Source: Chiloscyllium plagiosum
Taxonomy: Eukaryota
Assembly: GCF_004010195.1 (NCBI RefSeq)
Contig: NC_057719.1
Span: forward strand, 17,656,165 to 17,720,164
DNA length: 64,000 nt
Direction of reading: 5' to 3'
Below the pieces are notes generated by a model, which saw only the letters and a program-made list of their open reading frames with translations, searched no databases and had not been told where the DNA came from. Numbering within the stretch: the first letter of the stretch is position 1; each line of letters starts with the position of its first letter. Of the stretch, positions 12,851 through 25,214 are shown piece by piece. The position numbers and the translations under genes were made by a program.

Positions 12851-13559
12851 TATTATGTGCCAACATATGCCAGGTTGCTTAGGAAGAAAGTCACAGTGAC
12901 CCAGAAATGCATCAGGGTGCTGTGGGATATATTTTGCGTTCTATTTAAGCAGTTACTAAGGTTTCAGGTCCACAAAAACAAGATATTGTAATATTGGTCA
13001 TGTTTTATTTATATGTAGTACTGAAGCATGTACAGTGTTAACAAACACAGATGATTGCTTCGGGGACACTAGCTTGTCCTAAGGTAATTAAGACAAAGTG
13101 GCTCACGCCGACCTAGGGATTCACACAGTGAGCGAGCTTTTATAACTAGAAAGGTTTGGTGAAACCAGGCCAAAAGCTTGAATTAGCCCAGCGTTTTTAA
13201 ATTATCTATGGCTTGGAAGTACAGCTGTATTGTGCTCTTGGATCTTTATGCTTATTTATTTTTTTCTCCCCCTTCATCTTTTGCTGTTTATGTTCCCCAC
13301 AGGAGCAGCTCATCACCACATTGCTGCAGTGAAAGAGGACAGGCTAGTTTATGGACTTCTCCATGTCTGGCATCATTCCGATTCCATAATCAGCAGACAG
13401 CAGGGAAAGCCAACTATGTCAATTACTTGTTCCCTTCCCCCTGCCCACCCGAGGGAGCAAACACTTCCTCTGCTGACGTGCACCCGTCTCACTGCCCCTA
13501 CCCCCCAGCCCAACAAGCTCTCCCCACCCCTCAGCATGGCACTCCATCCAGTGGCCTGG

Positions 13560-15780
13560 ATATGAACTAACAATACGTCCACAGACAGCAAGCTGCTGAG
13601 GGACTGGCTCCCTGTTGCTACAATAAAGGCCACCAAATTGGGAAGCAGATGATGGCCAAGTTGAAAAGCAGAACCTCGAGCGGGAAGGTGATGCTGGAAC
13701 TGTATAAATTGTTGTTTAGGCCACAGAGAGAGTACAGTTCTGGAATCCACACTATCGGAGGGAAAGAACAAAGAAGAGATTTGCAGATGTTGCCTGGGCT
13801 GGAGAGTTTAAGCTTTGAAGACAAATTAAATAGACTGGGGTTAGAGCAGAGGACACAGAGAAAGGACTTGATTAAGATGTATAAAATTACAGGGACATAG
13901 ATTGGGTAGACAGGAAGGTACTTTTATTCTTGGAAAAGGGATTAATGACTGGGGGCAAGGATTTAAGGTAAGGAGCAGGAGGATTAGAGGGAATGTGAAG
14001 AAAATGTTTTTTCACCCAGAGAGTGGCAGGAATTCTGCAACTGTCTGTCTGTAAAAGTGGTAGAGGCAGAAATCCTCAAAATGTTTAAGAAATATTTAGA
14101 TGTGCACTTGCCATGCTATTTTTATGCAAGGTTATGGGCCATGTACTGGAAATTGGGGTTAGAATGGTTCAGTGCTTGTTACAGTCTGGAGCAGACTTGA
14201 TGGGTTGAACGGTCTCTTTCTGTGCTTTCGTCCTCTATGACAAACTTATGGAACATTTCTTCATAATAAAGACAAAAAGAAATAAGCAGGTTCAAACTTG
14301 TGATTTTATTCATCAAGGGGAGCATATTTCATTTAAGGAGAACAGGAGGTGGCTTAGGTTCAAGTATAATCGTGGTATAGACCAGTATTGCGACATGGCC
14401 AATCCCAGGTCAGCTTACCTTAAATAGCAACCTCCACCTATTTTTCTCTTCTTCATCCCTGGTCACCACAAAGGGCATTCTTGTATCACACGATAATGCC
14501 AGGGATAAAGGCTATTCTTCTCTCTTCATTCATTCATTCATCCCAGAAGACATTGACGTTCCCACACAATTCGATCAGCTCTGAGGCAATTCCACTCCTT
14601 CTGCCCCTTTCACCTGGAAAGTTGGATCAGGGAATTCTGCAACAGTGTTCAGGAGAAAGGAATTGAGGCAACTTACTTTCAAGGTCAAGTGAGCCAATTC
14701 AGTGAGCGATTCTGTTGAGATGGCCACCTGGGAACTGACTAAACTCATCACGAGCGAGGGTGGCAAATTTGAAGGTGATCCAAGCACTGGGATTTCAACC
14801 AGAAACATCCAACAATGTATGATGTGTCTTAACTGATTACTCAACCAGTCGAAGATTTTAGCTGTCTTAGGGGAATTTTCGGGCTGTCAGACTAAAAGTA
14901 CTTTTGATGGTTTTGCAGCAGTAAAACCTTTTTCGGTTTATGTTGAATTTCTGGTCAGGCCTCATTTTTTAAAAAAATTCCATAACTTTGCCATTCCATC
15001 AAGAAAATATTTAAAGCCACACCCCTCTCAAATATTGGGCAGTGTTGCAGAAATGTCATGCCTTGATCTATTCAAATGAAAAAGGTGATATATGCTATTT
15101 CAAGGTGGCTGCTGACCACCTCCAACCGTTAATTGTTGGGTTCAGGGGAATGGGAGAAAACCCGATGGGGGCAAAGAGTGGGTTGCGACTGAGGCACGTG
15201 CAGTGCTTCATTCCATGAAGTAATAATTTCACTTCCTTAACCTTTGTGAAGGCAATGTCTGCTCAAACTAAAAGTTATGGTGTTGATTGTTTTTGCAGAT
15301 AACTGATTTTGATTACTGTTTCGTGCAGCATTAACTCTTCGAAGTTGGCTGTTTAAAAGACGGAGATTGCAATTGTTAGTTTCCTGTATTGCCAAAGATT
15401 TTTTAAAGCTATAGTAAAGAATTTTTTGTCTGCAAGTGCATTGGTCCATCTATCTTTTGACTTGTGTATATTATATTTTACAGCCCATATTTATTCTGAG
15501 CATTAGCATTCACCTGCACCAGTGGTTTGCTCTATATATCGATCACCATGCAATTACAAACCTCTGGCCGAAATTTATTTCATTAGTTTTCTTCCCCACT
15601 CTCTGGAACTGCACCTGTAGAAAACAAACAAGTCTAATTCCACTTTCTTTAGCTTCAAGGATTCTGCTTCTCTTTGCTTCGGGAAGAGGAAGCCCCAAGA
15701 TACAAAGCTAATCTTCACTGTTCAGCTCTCGTGTCACTCTTCATCAAACCCTTTGTAATGGCCTGCCATCCTACTTGAAG
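13560..15780 (-). pseudogene. F: Endogenous paramyxovirus-like F gene, copy F2 (near-complete ectodomain, possible TM at ~13560-13640); CR1 inserted at 13660-14240
   Basis: VG..KGL..RLAL near 15770; GQRFV cleavage-site-like sequence (~15560); FKKSLAIQETNN..TINTITF (ORF 15237-15449) vs LKSSIESTNE..TIDKISC; SEIITSWNEALHVPQS vs TEILSLFGPSLRDPIS; VEIPVL vs VKIPIL; NSFL; PQS*SNCV vs PDSQQKCI; AFIPGIIV vs AFVNGGVV; PPV..ITSLN vs PPV..ISSMN. Confidence 0.75.
13660..14240 (+). mobile_element. CR1 LINE 3' fragment
   Basis: VMLELYKLLFRPQREY..MLPGLESLSFEDKLNRLGL; CR1 3'UTR. Confidence 0.9.
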
Positions 15781-15784
15781 AATG

Positions 15785-16170
15785 GACACCAAACTTGGTA
15801 GAATGGGAGGCATTTTCCAACTACCTACCCCGACTAGATGTAGAAAGGGTGTGTCTTCACATGGGCCAATCCAGAATGAGAAATCATAGCTTTCGGATAA
15901 AGGGTAGCAGATTTAAAGCAGAGATGAGGTGAACTTCTTTCAAAGAGTTGTGATTGTATGGAATTCACTACCCCAGAGTGCAAAGGTTGCTGGGATATTG
16001 AGCAAATTTAAGGAGGAGATAGATTTTTAATCGATAATGGGTTGAAGAGTTATGGAGAGCGGGCAGAATCGTGGAGTGGCGGCCAAGAAGAGATCAGCCA
16101 TGATCCTATCAAATGGTGAGACAGGCTGAAGGGGCTGAAATGCCTACGCCTGCTTTCAGTTCTTATGTCC
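15785..16170 (+). mobile_element. CR1 LINE 3' fragment
   Basis: agatttaaagcagagatgagg..tggaattcactacccca..gatcagccatgatc tail. Confidence 0.85.
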
Positions 16171-16409
16171 CCCTTTTATGATGGAAGGTTAAGTGGTCAG
16201 CACTTAAAGTTTGATACGACAAATTGCACACCCTTTGGTCATCCAAGACCCACGGGCTGGTTTATCAAAGAGACCTTGAAAAAGGCATAATGCTTCCAAA
16301 ATATCTAATTTTGGATCCTATATTAATTGGAGAACATCATATCAATGGATACTGATGGGTGGAGTATGCTCCTATTAATCATGTATTTCATTGCAGACTA
16401 TCGAGCCTT

Positions 16410-17420
16410 CTTTTGATTGGTTGGTGGGACATTGGTGTCGCTGGCTTGGCCAACACTATGAACTACTCCTAACTACCCTGGAGGAGCTGGTGGTGAGGTA
16501 CCTTCTTGAACTTCTTGAAGTAGGGCGGCACGGTGGCTCAGTGGTTGGCACTGCTGCCTCACAGCACCAGGGTCCCGAGTTCGATTCCAGCCTCGGGTGA
16601 CTGTCTATGTGGAGTTTTCACATTCTCCGCGTGTCTGCGTGGGTTTCCTCCGGATGCTCCGGTTTCATCCCACAGTCCAAAGATGTGCAGGTCAGGTGAA
16701 TTGGCTATGCTAAATTGTCCATAGTGTTAGGTGCATTAGTCAGAGGGAGGTGGGTCTGGGCAGGTCACTCTGCGGAGGGTCGGTGTGGACTTGTTGGGCC
16801 AAAGGGCCTGTTTCCACACTGTAGAGAATCTACAAAAAAAACTACTGTAGTCCTTGGAATGTAATGACACCCACAACACTGCTAGGAAGTAAATACTATG
16901 ATTTTGACCCAATGACTGTGAACGCACAGTGATACAATTCCAGTCAGGATAGATTGTGCCATGTAGAGGAACATGCAGGAAGATCCGCTACCTTTGTCCT
17001 TCCAGACGGTATAAGTTGTGGATTTGGAAGGTGCTTTGGTGAGTTATTGCAGTCCATCTTGTACATGGTATACATTGCTGCCACTGTGATTCCATGGTAA
17101 AGGGATGGAATATTGAAGGTTGTTGTTGTCATGTCAATCCTGTGGGTTAATTTGTCCTGGATCATGTCAAGCTTCATGTATTTTGCCGGAGCTGCATACA
17201 TCCAGGTGAACGGGGTTATTCCGTCACACTCTTAATTTTTGACTTATGGATGGTGGACAGGCATTAAGGAGACAGAAGGTGAGTTACTCACCGCAGAATT
17301 TCTAGCCTCTCTCCTGCATTTATGGTAGCCCAGTTCAATTTCTGATCAATGGTAACCCTCTAGGATGGAGGGGGGGATTCCAGCGATGGGAGCTGTTAGA
17401 TGTTAAGGTGGAAATTGGTA
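16410..17420 (-). mobile_element. LINE (CR1/L2 group) 3' fragment with a SINE inserted
   Basis: ORF 16944-17201: LDMIQDK..FNIPSLYH..VAAMYTMYKMDC; a related copy lies at ~52860-53430. Confidence 0.7.
16523..16835 (+). mobile_element. Full-length tRNA-derived SINE with CR1-like tail (HE1-type shark SINE)
   Basis: Pol III A box tggctcagtgg, B box gttcgattcc, core gtgtggagtt..cacattctcc..gtgtctgcgtgggtttcctccgg, tail ttgggccaaagggcctgtttccacactgta. Confidence 0.9.
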
Positions 17421-17599
17421 AACTGACTGCCACATTTCCTGTATTGCAACAGTGACATCACATTAGCTGCAAAGAACCTTGGGAGATTCTAAGATTGTGG
17501 AAGATGCTATATAAATGCAAGTCTTTCTGATCTAATCCTTTTTTCTTCCTTCTGTGAAGCAGATGGAATTGTATTGTTGATCTGAAATTAATTGAATTC

Positions 17600-17718
17600 T
17601 TCCTTCCTCCCTTCCCTTCCCTTCCCTTCCCTTCTCTTCTCTTTCTTTCCTTCCTTCCCTTCTCTTTCTTTCCTTTCTTCCCTTCTCTTCCTTCCTTTCC
17701 TTTCTTTCCTTCCTTCCT
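17600..17718. repeat. Pyrimidine microsatellite (CCTTC/CTTT)n
   Basis: Directly visible. Confidence 0.95.
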
Positions 17719-17794
17719 AGCAGTGAGTGGCCTAACCATTTATTCCTTATCGGGGTTACCATTAGCAAACAAGATAACACTCAGTCTTGACCTG

Positions 17795-18350
17795 TCAGCT
17801 GTGGCTCAATGGTGCTGCTTTCAATTCTGAGAGTACCAGCAAAAAGTATTAGTTCAAATGTCACTACTAGGCTATCACTTTGGTCTGAATACATAGGGAG
17901 TGCTGAGCTGTCTTTGAAATGAGATACTAAATTTCTTTGTTCTTTCAGGTAGATATCAAAGATTCCAAACCACTTTCTCACAGTGGCTAAAGTGAAGACT
18001 GCAGATGCTGGAGATTAGAGTCAAGATTAGAGTGGTGCTGGAAAAGCCCAGCAGGTCAGGCAGCATCCGAGAAGCATCAGAACATCGATTTTCCTGCTCC
18101 TCGGATGCTGCCTGACCTGTTGTGATTTTCCAGCACCACTCTAATCTTGACATTTTCCCACAGTGCCCTGGCAAATAATTGTCCCTCTACTAACTGGGAA
18201 AAAGCAAATGATCTGGACATTTATTTCATTGCTGTGTTGGGGCTTCTTCTGTGCAAAGGTTCTGCTGTGTTTTTTTATTATTATACTTCCCAAAGCATTT
18301 CATTGATTCCAAAATGCTTTAAGGCTTTCCCTGATTGTAATCGATATTGG
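17795..18350 (+). mobile_element. Ancient Deu-domain-like SINE with a short Penelope-derived insert (~17985-18148)
   Basis: cagctgtggctcaatgg head, gagtgctgagctgtcttt..gagat core, tail ccaaaatgctttaagg. Confidence 0.65.
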
Positions 18351-18594
18351 TGAGGGTTTTGTGGCTGTATGGTAATGTCCCTACCTCAGGGTTCAAGTCC
18401 AACCTGCCCTGGAGTTACATATCCAAAAGGGTTAATTTAAGATGCAGCATCAAATCAAGTCTTTCTGTGTATGTTATGTTTTATTCCAGTTAAATTGTTT
18501 TGCTGCATCTGAGCTGTTGTGATCAGTTACATCATTTACCCATCAGTCATCACCTCTGGTAATTATTCATAACATTCCTTTTTCATCAAATCTC

Positions 18595-19015
18595 TCGTGT
18601 GGAAACAGGCCAATTGACCCATCAAATCCACACTGCACCTCTGAAGAGCATCCCACCCAGACCAAACCCCCATTCCCTACAACCCTGCATTTCCCATGGC
18701 TACTCCAAACATCCCTGGGCACTATGGACAATTAACACGGCCAATTCATCTAACCTGCATCTCTTTGGACTATGTGAAGAAACCCATGTAGATATGGGGA
18801 GAACAGGTAAATTCCATGCAGACAGTCACACAAGGGAGAGTGTGGTTAAGTAGCGTTGAAATGCCCATCAGCCATGATTGAATGGCGGAGTGGACTCGAT
18901 GGGCCGAATGGCCTTACTTCCACTGCTATTTCTTGTGGTCTTATGGAGGCTAGAATTGAACCTGGGTACCTGGTGCTCTGAGGCAGCAGTGCTAACCACT
19001 GAACCACCATGCCAC
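18595..19015 (-). mobile_element. tRNA-derived SINE (HE1-type) with an internal CR1-tail insertion
   Basis: Reverse complement of the 16523 SINE (gaggcagcagtgctaaccactg..ccacc). Confidence 0.85.
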
Positions 19016-19439
19016 CCCCAGACACTCCGAATCTGGTTGTGACTCACGATCTGGTTATGATTTTAATCAAAAGAAATGGAAGGAGTAATGTAAATATATA
19101 GTGGCACAGTGGTGTTGTCCCTACCTCTAGGTTAGAAGACCCTGGTTTCTAGTCCCACTTGTTCTAGAAGCTGGGTTGCTTTTAAAATGATGATCAAGTC
19201 CTTTCAAATGGACTGCTGTAGCACAGCAGTAGTGTCCTCAATCCAGCTTCCACTCACGTTCGCCCCAGAGGTCTGTCATAAAATCCCTGAGCAAGCTGTT
19301 TAAAAATAAGCAAAAAGCCTGTTTTGTTCCGTGCACTCTTGCCCCCAGTGCTCCCCTCCCTCCCCCCCCCTTGCACTCTCCCCCACCCCAGCATCATCCC
19401 TTGGCCTGACTGTAAGCGTGAGGAAATCAGAGAAGCTGA

Positions 19440-19850
19440 TCTGATAGTTCCGACTGAAATATCAGATCAAATAGAATCAAATTGTCAAAGCTAAATTGCC
19501 ACTTTTAACTATTTGATTGGACATCAAAATCAAAACTGTTCAAGCGGATGACTGGATTTTCACACAGCTAGTGCCAGGTTAATTTGTTACACAGTATGGT
19601 ACTTCCACACAAGCCACCTGGACTCCTTCCTACTATGTCTATGCAAACATCTTGGATGCTTGCTATCATTTTAATTATTCCTTCCAGTGCCAGCATTGAG
19701 ATCTGGAGCCATGGAGCATTAGAAAGAGTATACTTGCTCCAACCACAGCAGGCTCCTGTGCCTTGTGCCTCTGGCAGTGTCTCGATTAACTGTTTTTTGG
19801 CCACGCTGCAGACTTGGAGGTGGTGTAACAAGGGTGCTGTGCTACAGCAC
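19440..19850 (-). pseudogene. P: Possible paramyxovirus-like phosphoprotein (P) C-terminal fragment, copy P2
   Basis: ORF 19568-19852: LQISMLALEGII vs QNISISTLEGHL; IVGRSPG vs IIGRDSG; the following LNSFDFDVQSN..SFDNL..ELSDQL resembles the XD region; lies upstream of M6. Confidence 0.45.
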
Positions 19851-20149
19851 ACAAATAAAATACTTCCCTCAGCAGCCCCCAGCCCACCTCACTGTGTTAA
19901 CACTATCCTCCCATCACCCCTGAAGATGGATCACTTGTTACTCGATACATGACCATGCTGAATTGTTGGTGCTGTAGCCCAACTGATCAGTCCTGGTCAG
20001 ACTCAGAATGAGTCTTACTGAGCTATTCACCTCTGGAGGGCATCACAACCAAACCCAACCCTGCACCCACCACATATGCTGCTTCCAACAGAGTTTTACT
20101 GTCGCGTGGTCAGCAGGCAGAACCCGACGGGAATGGTGTTGAGAGGAAG

Positions 20150-21350
20150 ACCAGAGAGGTCAGTGAGTGATGAGGAAATGAATGCAAAGTGGATTGAGTA
20201 AATTCGATGTGAATCGCCTGGAATAGCCAGCACAAGCATGTTAGGCTGAATAGCCTCATCCTGTATTGTAGGTATCTATGATTCTATGAAGAGAGAGAGA
20301 GAGTTGAGATTTTCGATTGAATTTAGGTGAGACAGCATGGAGTGGTGGTGGGAGTAAGGGTCATTCTCCAGCTGTAAGATTTTGGAGCTGGTGGGAAAGA
20401 TGTGAGCTGCAAATGGTAGGGAATACAAGAACATGGTCATGATTAGTCAAGACTTTAAATGTGCTGGGCATGAGAGATGATAAAATTTGGGGGAATGCAT
20501 GGCCATGGGATTGCATGAGAAGATATTAGGTGATTATAGGAAGGCAGGTCAGTTAGGAGAGAACAAGCTCAGTTAGTTAGGGGAAAGCTTTTGGCTAAGT
20601 GAGGAGCCAGTGTGAGAGCTGTGATTGTGCCATGCAACAAAGACATTGCTTTAGGAGGAAGTAGGCGTAGAACAAGGTGAGATCCTCGAAGCTGGAGCTA
20701 TAGAGGCTGACAGGGAACAACAGATAGGAGGTTAATACCTGATGACTTAAAATAGATCTTGTGTCCTCCCACACTTGCAGAGATAAATCGAGATGATGTT
20801 TGCCAAGTCATGCCACCAATGCAGCAATTTGGTCTGAGAATTGCAACTAGGAGGAAAATGATTTCAGTAAGAAGAAAGGTCTTTCTATCATAACTCAACT
20901 TTTATTAGCATCGGGGACACCAACCAATTCATGATAATGTTACTGTTGGAGATGGAAGTTATCATGAGGGGGTAACCATTCTGCTGGGTGAAATGGAATG
21001 AAATGTTGGTTGGTGATAGAAGCCAAAGGATTGGCAAGTTTGACCACCTGATGAGTTCAGAAAAATGTATCTGACAAAATGGGCAATAAGTGCCCACAGT
21101 GGGCATGGTGAAAAATACCAAGAAGGCAGCGACAGACTTAAGCTGACTCAACAACTGGAGAGTAATGTTGGATGAGAAGTAGACTCCATGTTGATGGATC
21201 AATGGAGTTAGCACTAAGTCTGAAGAAAGTAAGAAATTTATATTGACATAACGCTTTTGACAACTGCAAGGCAACTCAAAATGTGAGGCCATGAATGAAG
21301 AGAATAAAGGAAAGCTGAAAGGAAGCATGGAAGGGATAACTGAGGGGACA
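20150..21350 (-). mobile_element. Old degenerate L2-like LINE
   Basis: G/A-rich plus strand typical of antisense L2 ORF2, with decayed endonuclease/RT-like text; no intact ORF. Confidence 0.5.
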
Positions 21351-21399
21351 GATCAGGGACCAGAAATGTCTGCAAGGGCAAGAGGAGACCCCTGATCTT

Positions 21400-21900
21400 T
21401 GTACATTCAAACCTTGTTCTCTCACTCAGTATTGATTTCTAAAAAATTTATCCAAGATATGACTCTCCTCTGTAAACACATGACCTTGCAGATTCACGGG
21501 AGACAAAACATCCTCAGAATAATTGCATTATCAATAATTATCTGATGCAGGAGGTGTCACTACAATGAGGAGGTGTGAAATAGAGGCCAGTAACAACAAA
21601 ATGAATTATCTCCTCACTCTGTATTGAGTTCTTAATCTTACATCATAACTGCACAGCATAAATATGCCTCAGATTAAATCAGCTTGACTTGCTGAAAATA
21701 TCTTCAGTGCTTAACCTTTTGCAATTTTCAATGCGGTTGAAAAGTGACAGGTAAGCTATTTTGTTGATGACAGAAGATTAACCCTTCCAAGTTCTTGGAT
21801 AAGAATGGAACAATTATATGTGGTAAATTTCATTTGACTTGGTTTTGTTGGCTCACTGGACAATCTGAGCCACTAACTGGAAATTTACTTTGAGATTTCA
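21400..21900 (-). pseudogene. M: Endogenous paramyxovirus-like M gene, N-terminal half, copy M5
   Basis: KFPV..SD..VK vs AFPI..SD..VK; LCSYDVRLR/KNSIQSEEIIHFVV (21592-21657, one frameshift) vs LSEFQVIVRKTSSKAEEMVFEIV; SRE..VYRGESYL..SI vs SAE..VQSGMDYL..SV. Confidence 0.6.
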
Positions 21901-21949
21901 GCAAAAAGTGTGGGAGATACATTAGTATAGGCAAAACATGCATGCACTC

Positions 21950-22260
21950 TGAGAACCAGTGCACTGCGAGAGGTGTTGTCTGTTAAATAAGACACTAAGC
22001 CAATATCTATTCTCTCAAATGGACATAAAATATTTCATGGCACCACTTCAAAGAAGAGTAGGGTGTTCTCCTCAGTAATCATAAATCAATATCATTAAAA
22101 CAGATTGTCTGGTTACTTCATTGTAATTTGTGGAACTTGCTGTGTCCAAATTGGCTGGCATGCAACATAGCTACAGTGATGACACTTCAAAACTGCTTTA
22201 TTGACTGTAAAGTGCTTTCGACTGTCCTAAAGCTATAAAATGCTCTTTATAAATGCCTTC
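21950..22260 (+). mobile_element. Ancient Deu-domain-like SINE
   Basis: Same family as 9240-9680. Confidence 0.65.
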
Positions 22261-22299
22261 TTTAAACGCATGTCTTTCTTCTCTTCAGTCTCACTTCCT

Positions 22300-24150
22300 T
22301 TTGTTTTGAAGTATAATGCACATGGATTTTTATTATAACTACTTTTCCATCAATCCTCTGTTCTGCTGAGAACTCAGACTGAAGGTATGAAACATGGGCA
22401 TGGATGCAATGGTCCACCTTTGTGCCCATTCATTGAGTGGTTCAGTCCAAGGCAGTGGGTATCAGAAAGCCCCTCAATCAAAGAAAGACATGCCAACTCG
22501 GCCCAGTTCTCCCCTCCCTCAAAGTCCTCCCATGAACCTCCAGTGAATCCCACCTGACAATGGTCGGGAACAAACACTTTGCCTGAGGCCTGCAAACTAG
22601 GACCAGATCAGCAAATGTAAATTTGTTCCAGAGTTGTGTGGCTCAATCCTAGATAGCGGGCATGGGCCTACAAGCATCTTTTTCTACAATTCTCTAACTC
22701 TAGTTTTTAACACTATAGAATTTGTAAATTTCTGAGCACTTTTAATTTCTCCATCATTATAAGCTGAGGGAGACATTCCAAACTGTTAGTGATTGTTGGA
22801 CATCAGTGTGTATCTGCTGGGAGGAGTCAAAGCTGCCTCAACTGTGTTCTTCTTATCTGAACCAAATTTTTATGTGGTTAGAGAGTGCTCCATTTACCAC
22901 TTGCTTAGCGAGAGCTGTCATGTTGGCACTTCAGTTTGAGTCACATTGCCAATGGTCATGTCGTTAAGGGCAGGAGCCCAATATTGTTTGCTGGAGAGCT
23001 ATGGAGAGACCTTGTGGTGAGGATGAGGTGAAAGCCAAGCTCCCATAATACAAGACACCTCCAAAATGGCAGGAGTGATGTGGTAATGAGGAATGGGCTA
23101 AACTCAAATAGAGTTTAGCTGCCACCAAGCTTGAGTTTTTAAGTCCCTTTTGTTGCTACGTGGTTCTGATTTCAAACAGCGCTCAAATGCCTTTTGAAAA
23201 ATGAAAAGCATATGTAGCATGAAAGCTCTTAATGGAAGGTTAAGCTGCATATCCTGTTGCCATCCCCTCTAATATGTCAGAGATTTCACTGTGTTCGACA
23301 AAGCCACTGCATAGTACTTTCTTCTCATTAGTTATAAAAATTTGGGACTGACTACATTCTAACCAGGAATAGCTTTTTTATAAGTCCCCTCTCAGAGTCT
23401 ATTAGCCTGGCCTCCTGAGCAATGGCAGCGGATGCTGTAATCTGTTGTGGCACAAACATCCTCCATGTGCTGGCTTTTTTTTTGATTGCCAGTTTAAAGT
23501 TCAAGCATTTGCAGATGCAGATATGACTCATAATATAACAAAGTGCTCCTTCATTAATCACCTTTTGTAGCACCACTCAGGTTTACAAAGCTGATTTATA
23601 TCCAGGGGTTAGATTTTTCAACTTGACATTGGTCCAGAATTCCGGTTGGATTATTTCTCGAATGGCAGTGACCCTTCTCAACGTGTAATTTCTATATATC
23701 AAATGATTAGATGGAAAGAGAAAACAAGTCAGGAGTCTTAAAATATATTTGTTCCCAGCTTCCAAATTTAATGAATTCAAAGCGCATTAAAATAGTGAGA
23801 GATCTATAACAAGCAGTTGATTCAAACCTGTTTATATAGAATTATGTAGAATTTAAACACTGAAACCTCCCATTTGGCCCAACTGATTTATACTGGTGTT
23901 TCAGCTCCACTTGAGCACCTTCCTTCACCACCTCCTCACAGTATATCCTACGATTTTTATTTCTCTCTCTCATGAACTTATCTTTCTTAGGCAGTATGCT
24001 TTTGGGACATCCCTGAAGTATTTCCACTTTCTTGTCTAGCTGTTCCTTAAATGCATCTATCCAACCTTCACTATTGATTTAAGTAAAGATGGCTCCAAAG
24101 ATTGCAAGTAAAAGTCTAATATGGCAAACAATTTCAATTGTTGTCCTTTG
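22300..24150 (-). pseudogene. F: Endogenous paramyxovirus-like F gene, copy F1; CR1 tail inserted at ~23830-24070
   Basis: Signal-like LLLAIFGAIFT*IN (taa where the conserved QI is expected); RNYTLR..REII..NV vs RKYKIK..KDIV..NV; YKSAL vs YKSLL; QITASAAIAQEARLIDSERGLIK (~23375-23444) vs [30 protein letters not shown] vs TELSLDLA; SAYNDGE vs SYNIDGE; QASGKV vs QTTGRA. Confidence 0.8.
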
Positions 24151-24159
24151 CGTAATATG

Positions 24160-25200
24160 TATCCGGCTTTTGTTGTGATGATGACAAGTAATAAATCTTG
24201 AAGGTTTTTTGACTCTATATTCCAGCTCTGACTTGACGAGAGGTTTGAGAATCTGCACACTGGACAGGTCCGAGTCCGAGTCAGTGAAAGCCATCGTGGA
24301 GATGGAGGAATAGTTTGAGCTCCAGAGTGGAAAAATAAATGGTTATTTAAAGAGTCGCTCGGTCAGTAAAATTGGATTCCTGGTGAGAAGCTGCTTTTCA
24401 GTGAAGAGACAGAATCATTTATTGAGACTATGCTAATCTCTTTGGCACATTTCAGCCTGCTTGCTAGTGGAAGTGGTGAAGGGAGCGCTGTGATTGATAA
24501 TCTGTATAACACATTGCATGGAGTGTCAAAACATTAATCAAATTCCTAACTCTAATCACTGCACTGAAAGATTGGCCTGCTCAAAGGCAGGTACATTGGA
24601 ATTAGAGATTAAATTTAACTTGGTTAGAAGATAGTTGTGCAGATCATTTTGAGGACAAACAATAGTCCAGTTACTGTACACTTTCCACCTAAAACAACAC
24701 TGGAAAGAGCATCCTAACCTTATCGTCAATCAACCCAGTTTGATTCAAGATTGTGGATTTGGGCCTTCCTATCACAATCCCAATTTGCCCTCAAGAAAGT
24801 TGGATCTAACTGAAAGGTTTGTCTGAAGGAATGAATGCATGACTAAAGTCGTATTTACGTAAAGTAACGAGGTCATTGCAGCAGATGCTTCCATTAGGTC
24901 AGAGTCGCTCCCAGCTTCCAATAAAATGGGACAATTCCCAGTGGAGCCATCCTCCAAACCCCAGATAAGTTCATTGAACTTTCACAGGCGGCGGCCTCCC
25001 CACATGAACAGTGACCTCCACTCCAGCAATTCAACTTTTATTAGATTTTTATTCTTCAGACATAAGAATACACTTGACATTTTAGATTTTACAATTGAAT
25101 ACAAATGTGGTCATCATTCCTATTTGGAACACCCACTCTTCCAGGATCCTGTAGCTCAACCTCATGATTCTTGAGGCTATAGCAGCCACATGAGTCATAG
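24160..25200 (-). pseudogene. M: Endogenous paramyxovirus-like M gene, nearly full length, copy M3
   Basis: EVELQDPGRVG..NRNDD (~25105-25165) vs QVRVIDPGLGDRKDE; GNCPI..GSDSDLMEA (24886-24940) vs GSLPI..GTDQELLKA; DKVRMLFPVLF vs DKDIRFRVVF; SNQVKFNL vs VNAVAFNL; LSSVQILKPLVKSELEY..NKSRI vs [19 protein letters not shown]..NTGRI. Confidence 0.8.
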
Positions 25201-25214
25201 ATAGGATACCAAGT

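Larger units (their letters stand above)
16300..18600 (-). pseudogene. M: Endogenous paramyxovirus-like M gene, copy M6, surviving as three small pieces (~18460-18600, 17720-17790, 16300-16400) between TEs
   Basis: FDEKGML vs IDENGSM; RLSVILFANG vs RFRVVFVNG; C-terminal SILHPSVSIDMMFSN*YRIQN vs [21 protein letters not shown]; lies between P and F as in the virus. Confidence 0.55.

Noticed and set aside
13303..13570. Strong splice acceptor followed by open frames on the plus strand
   Set aside because: No recognisable protein in any frame and no upstream exons; it lies inside the viral F-HN interval.
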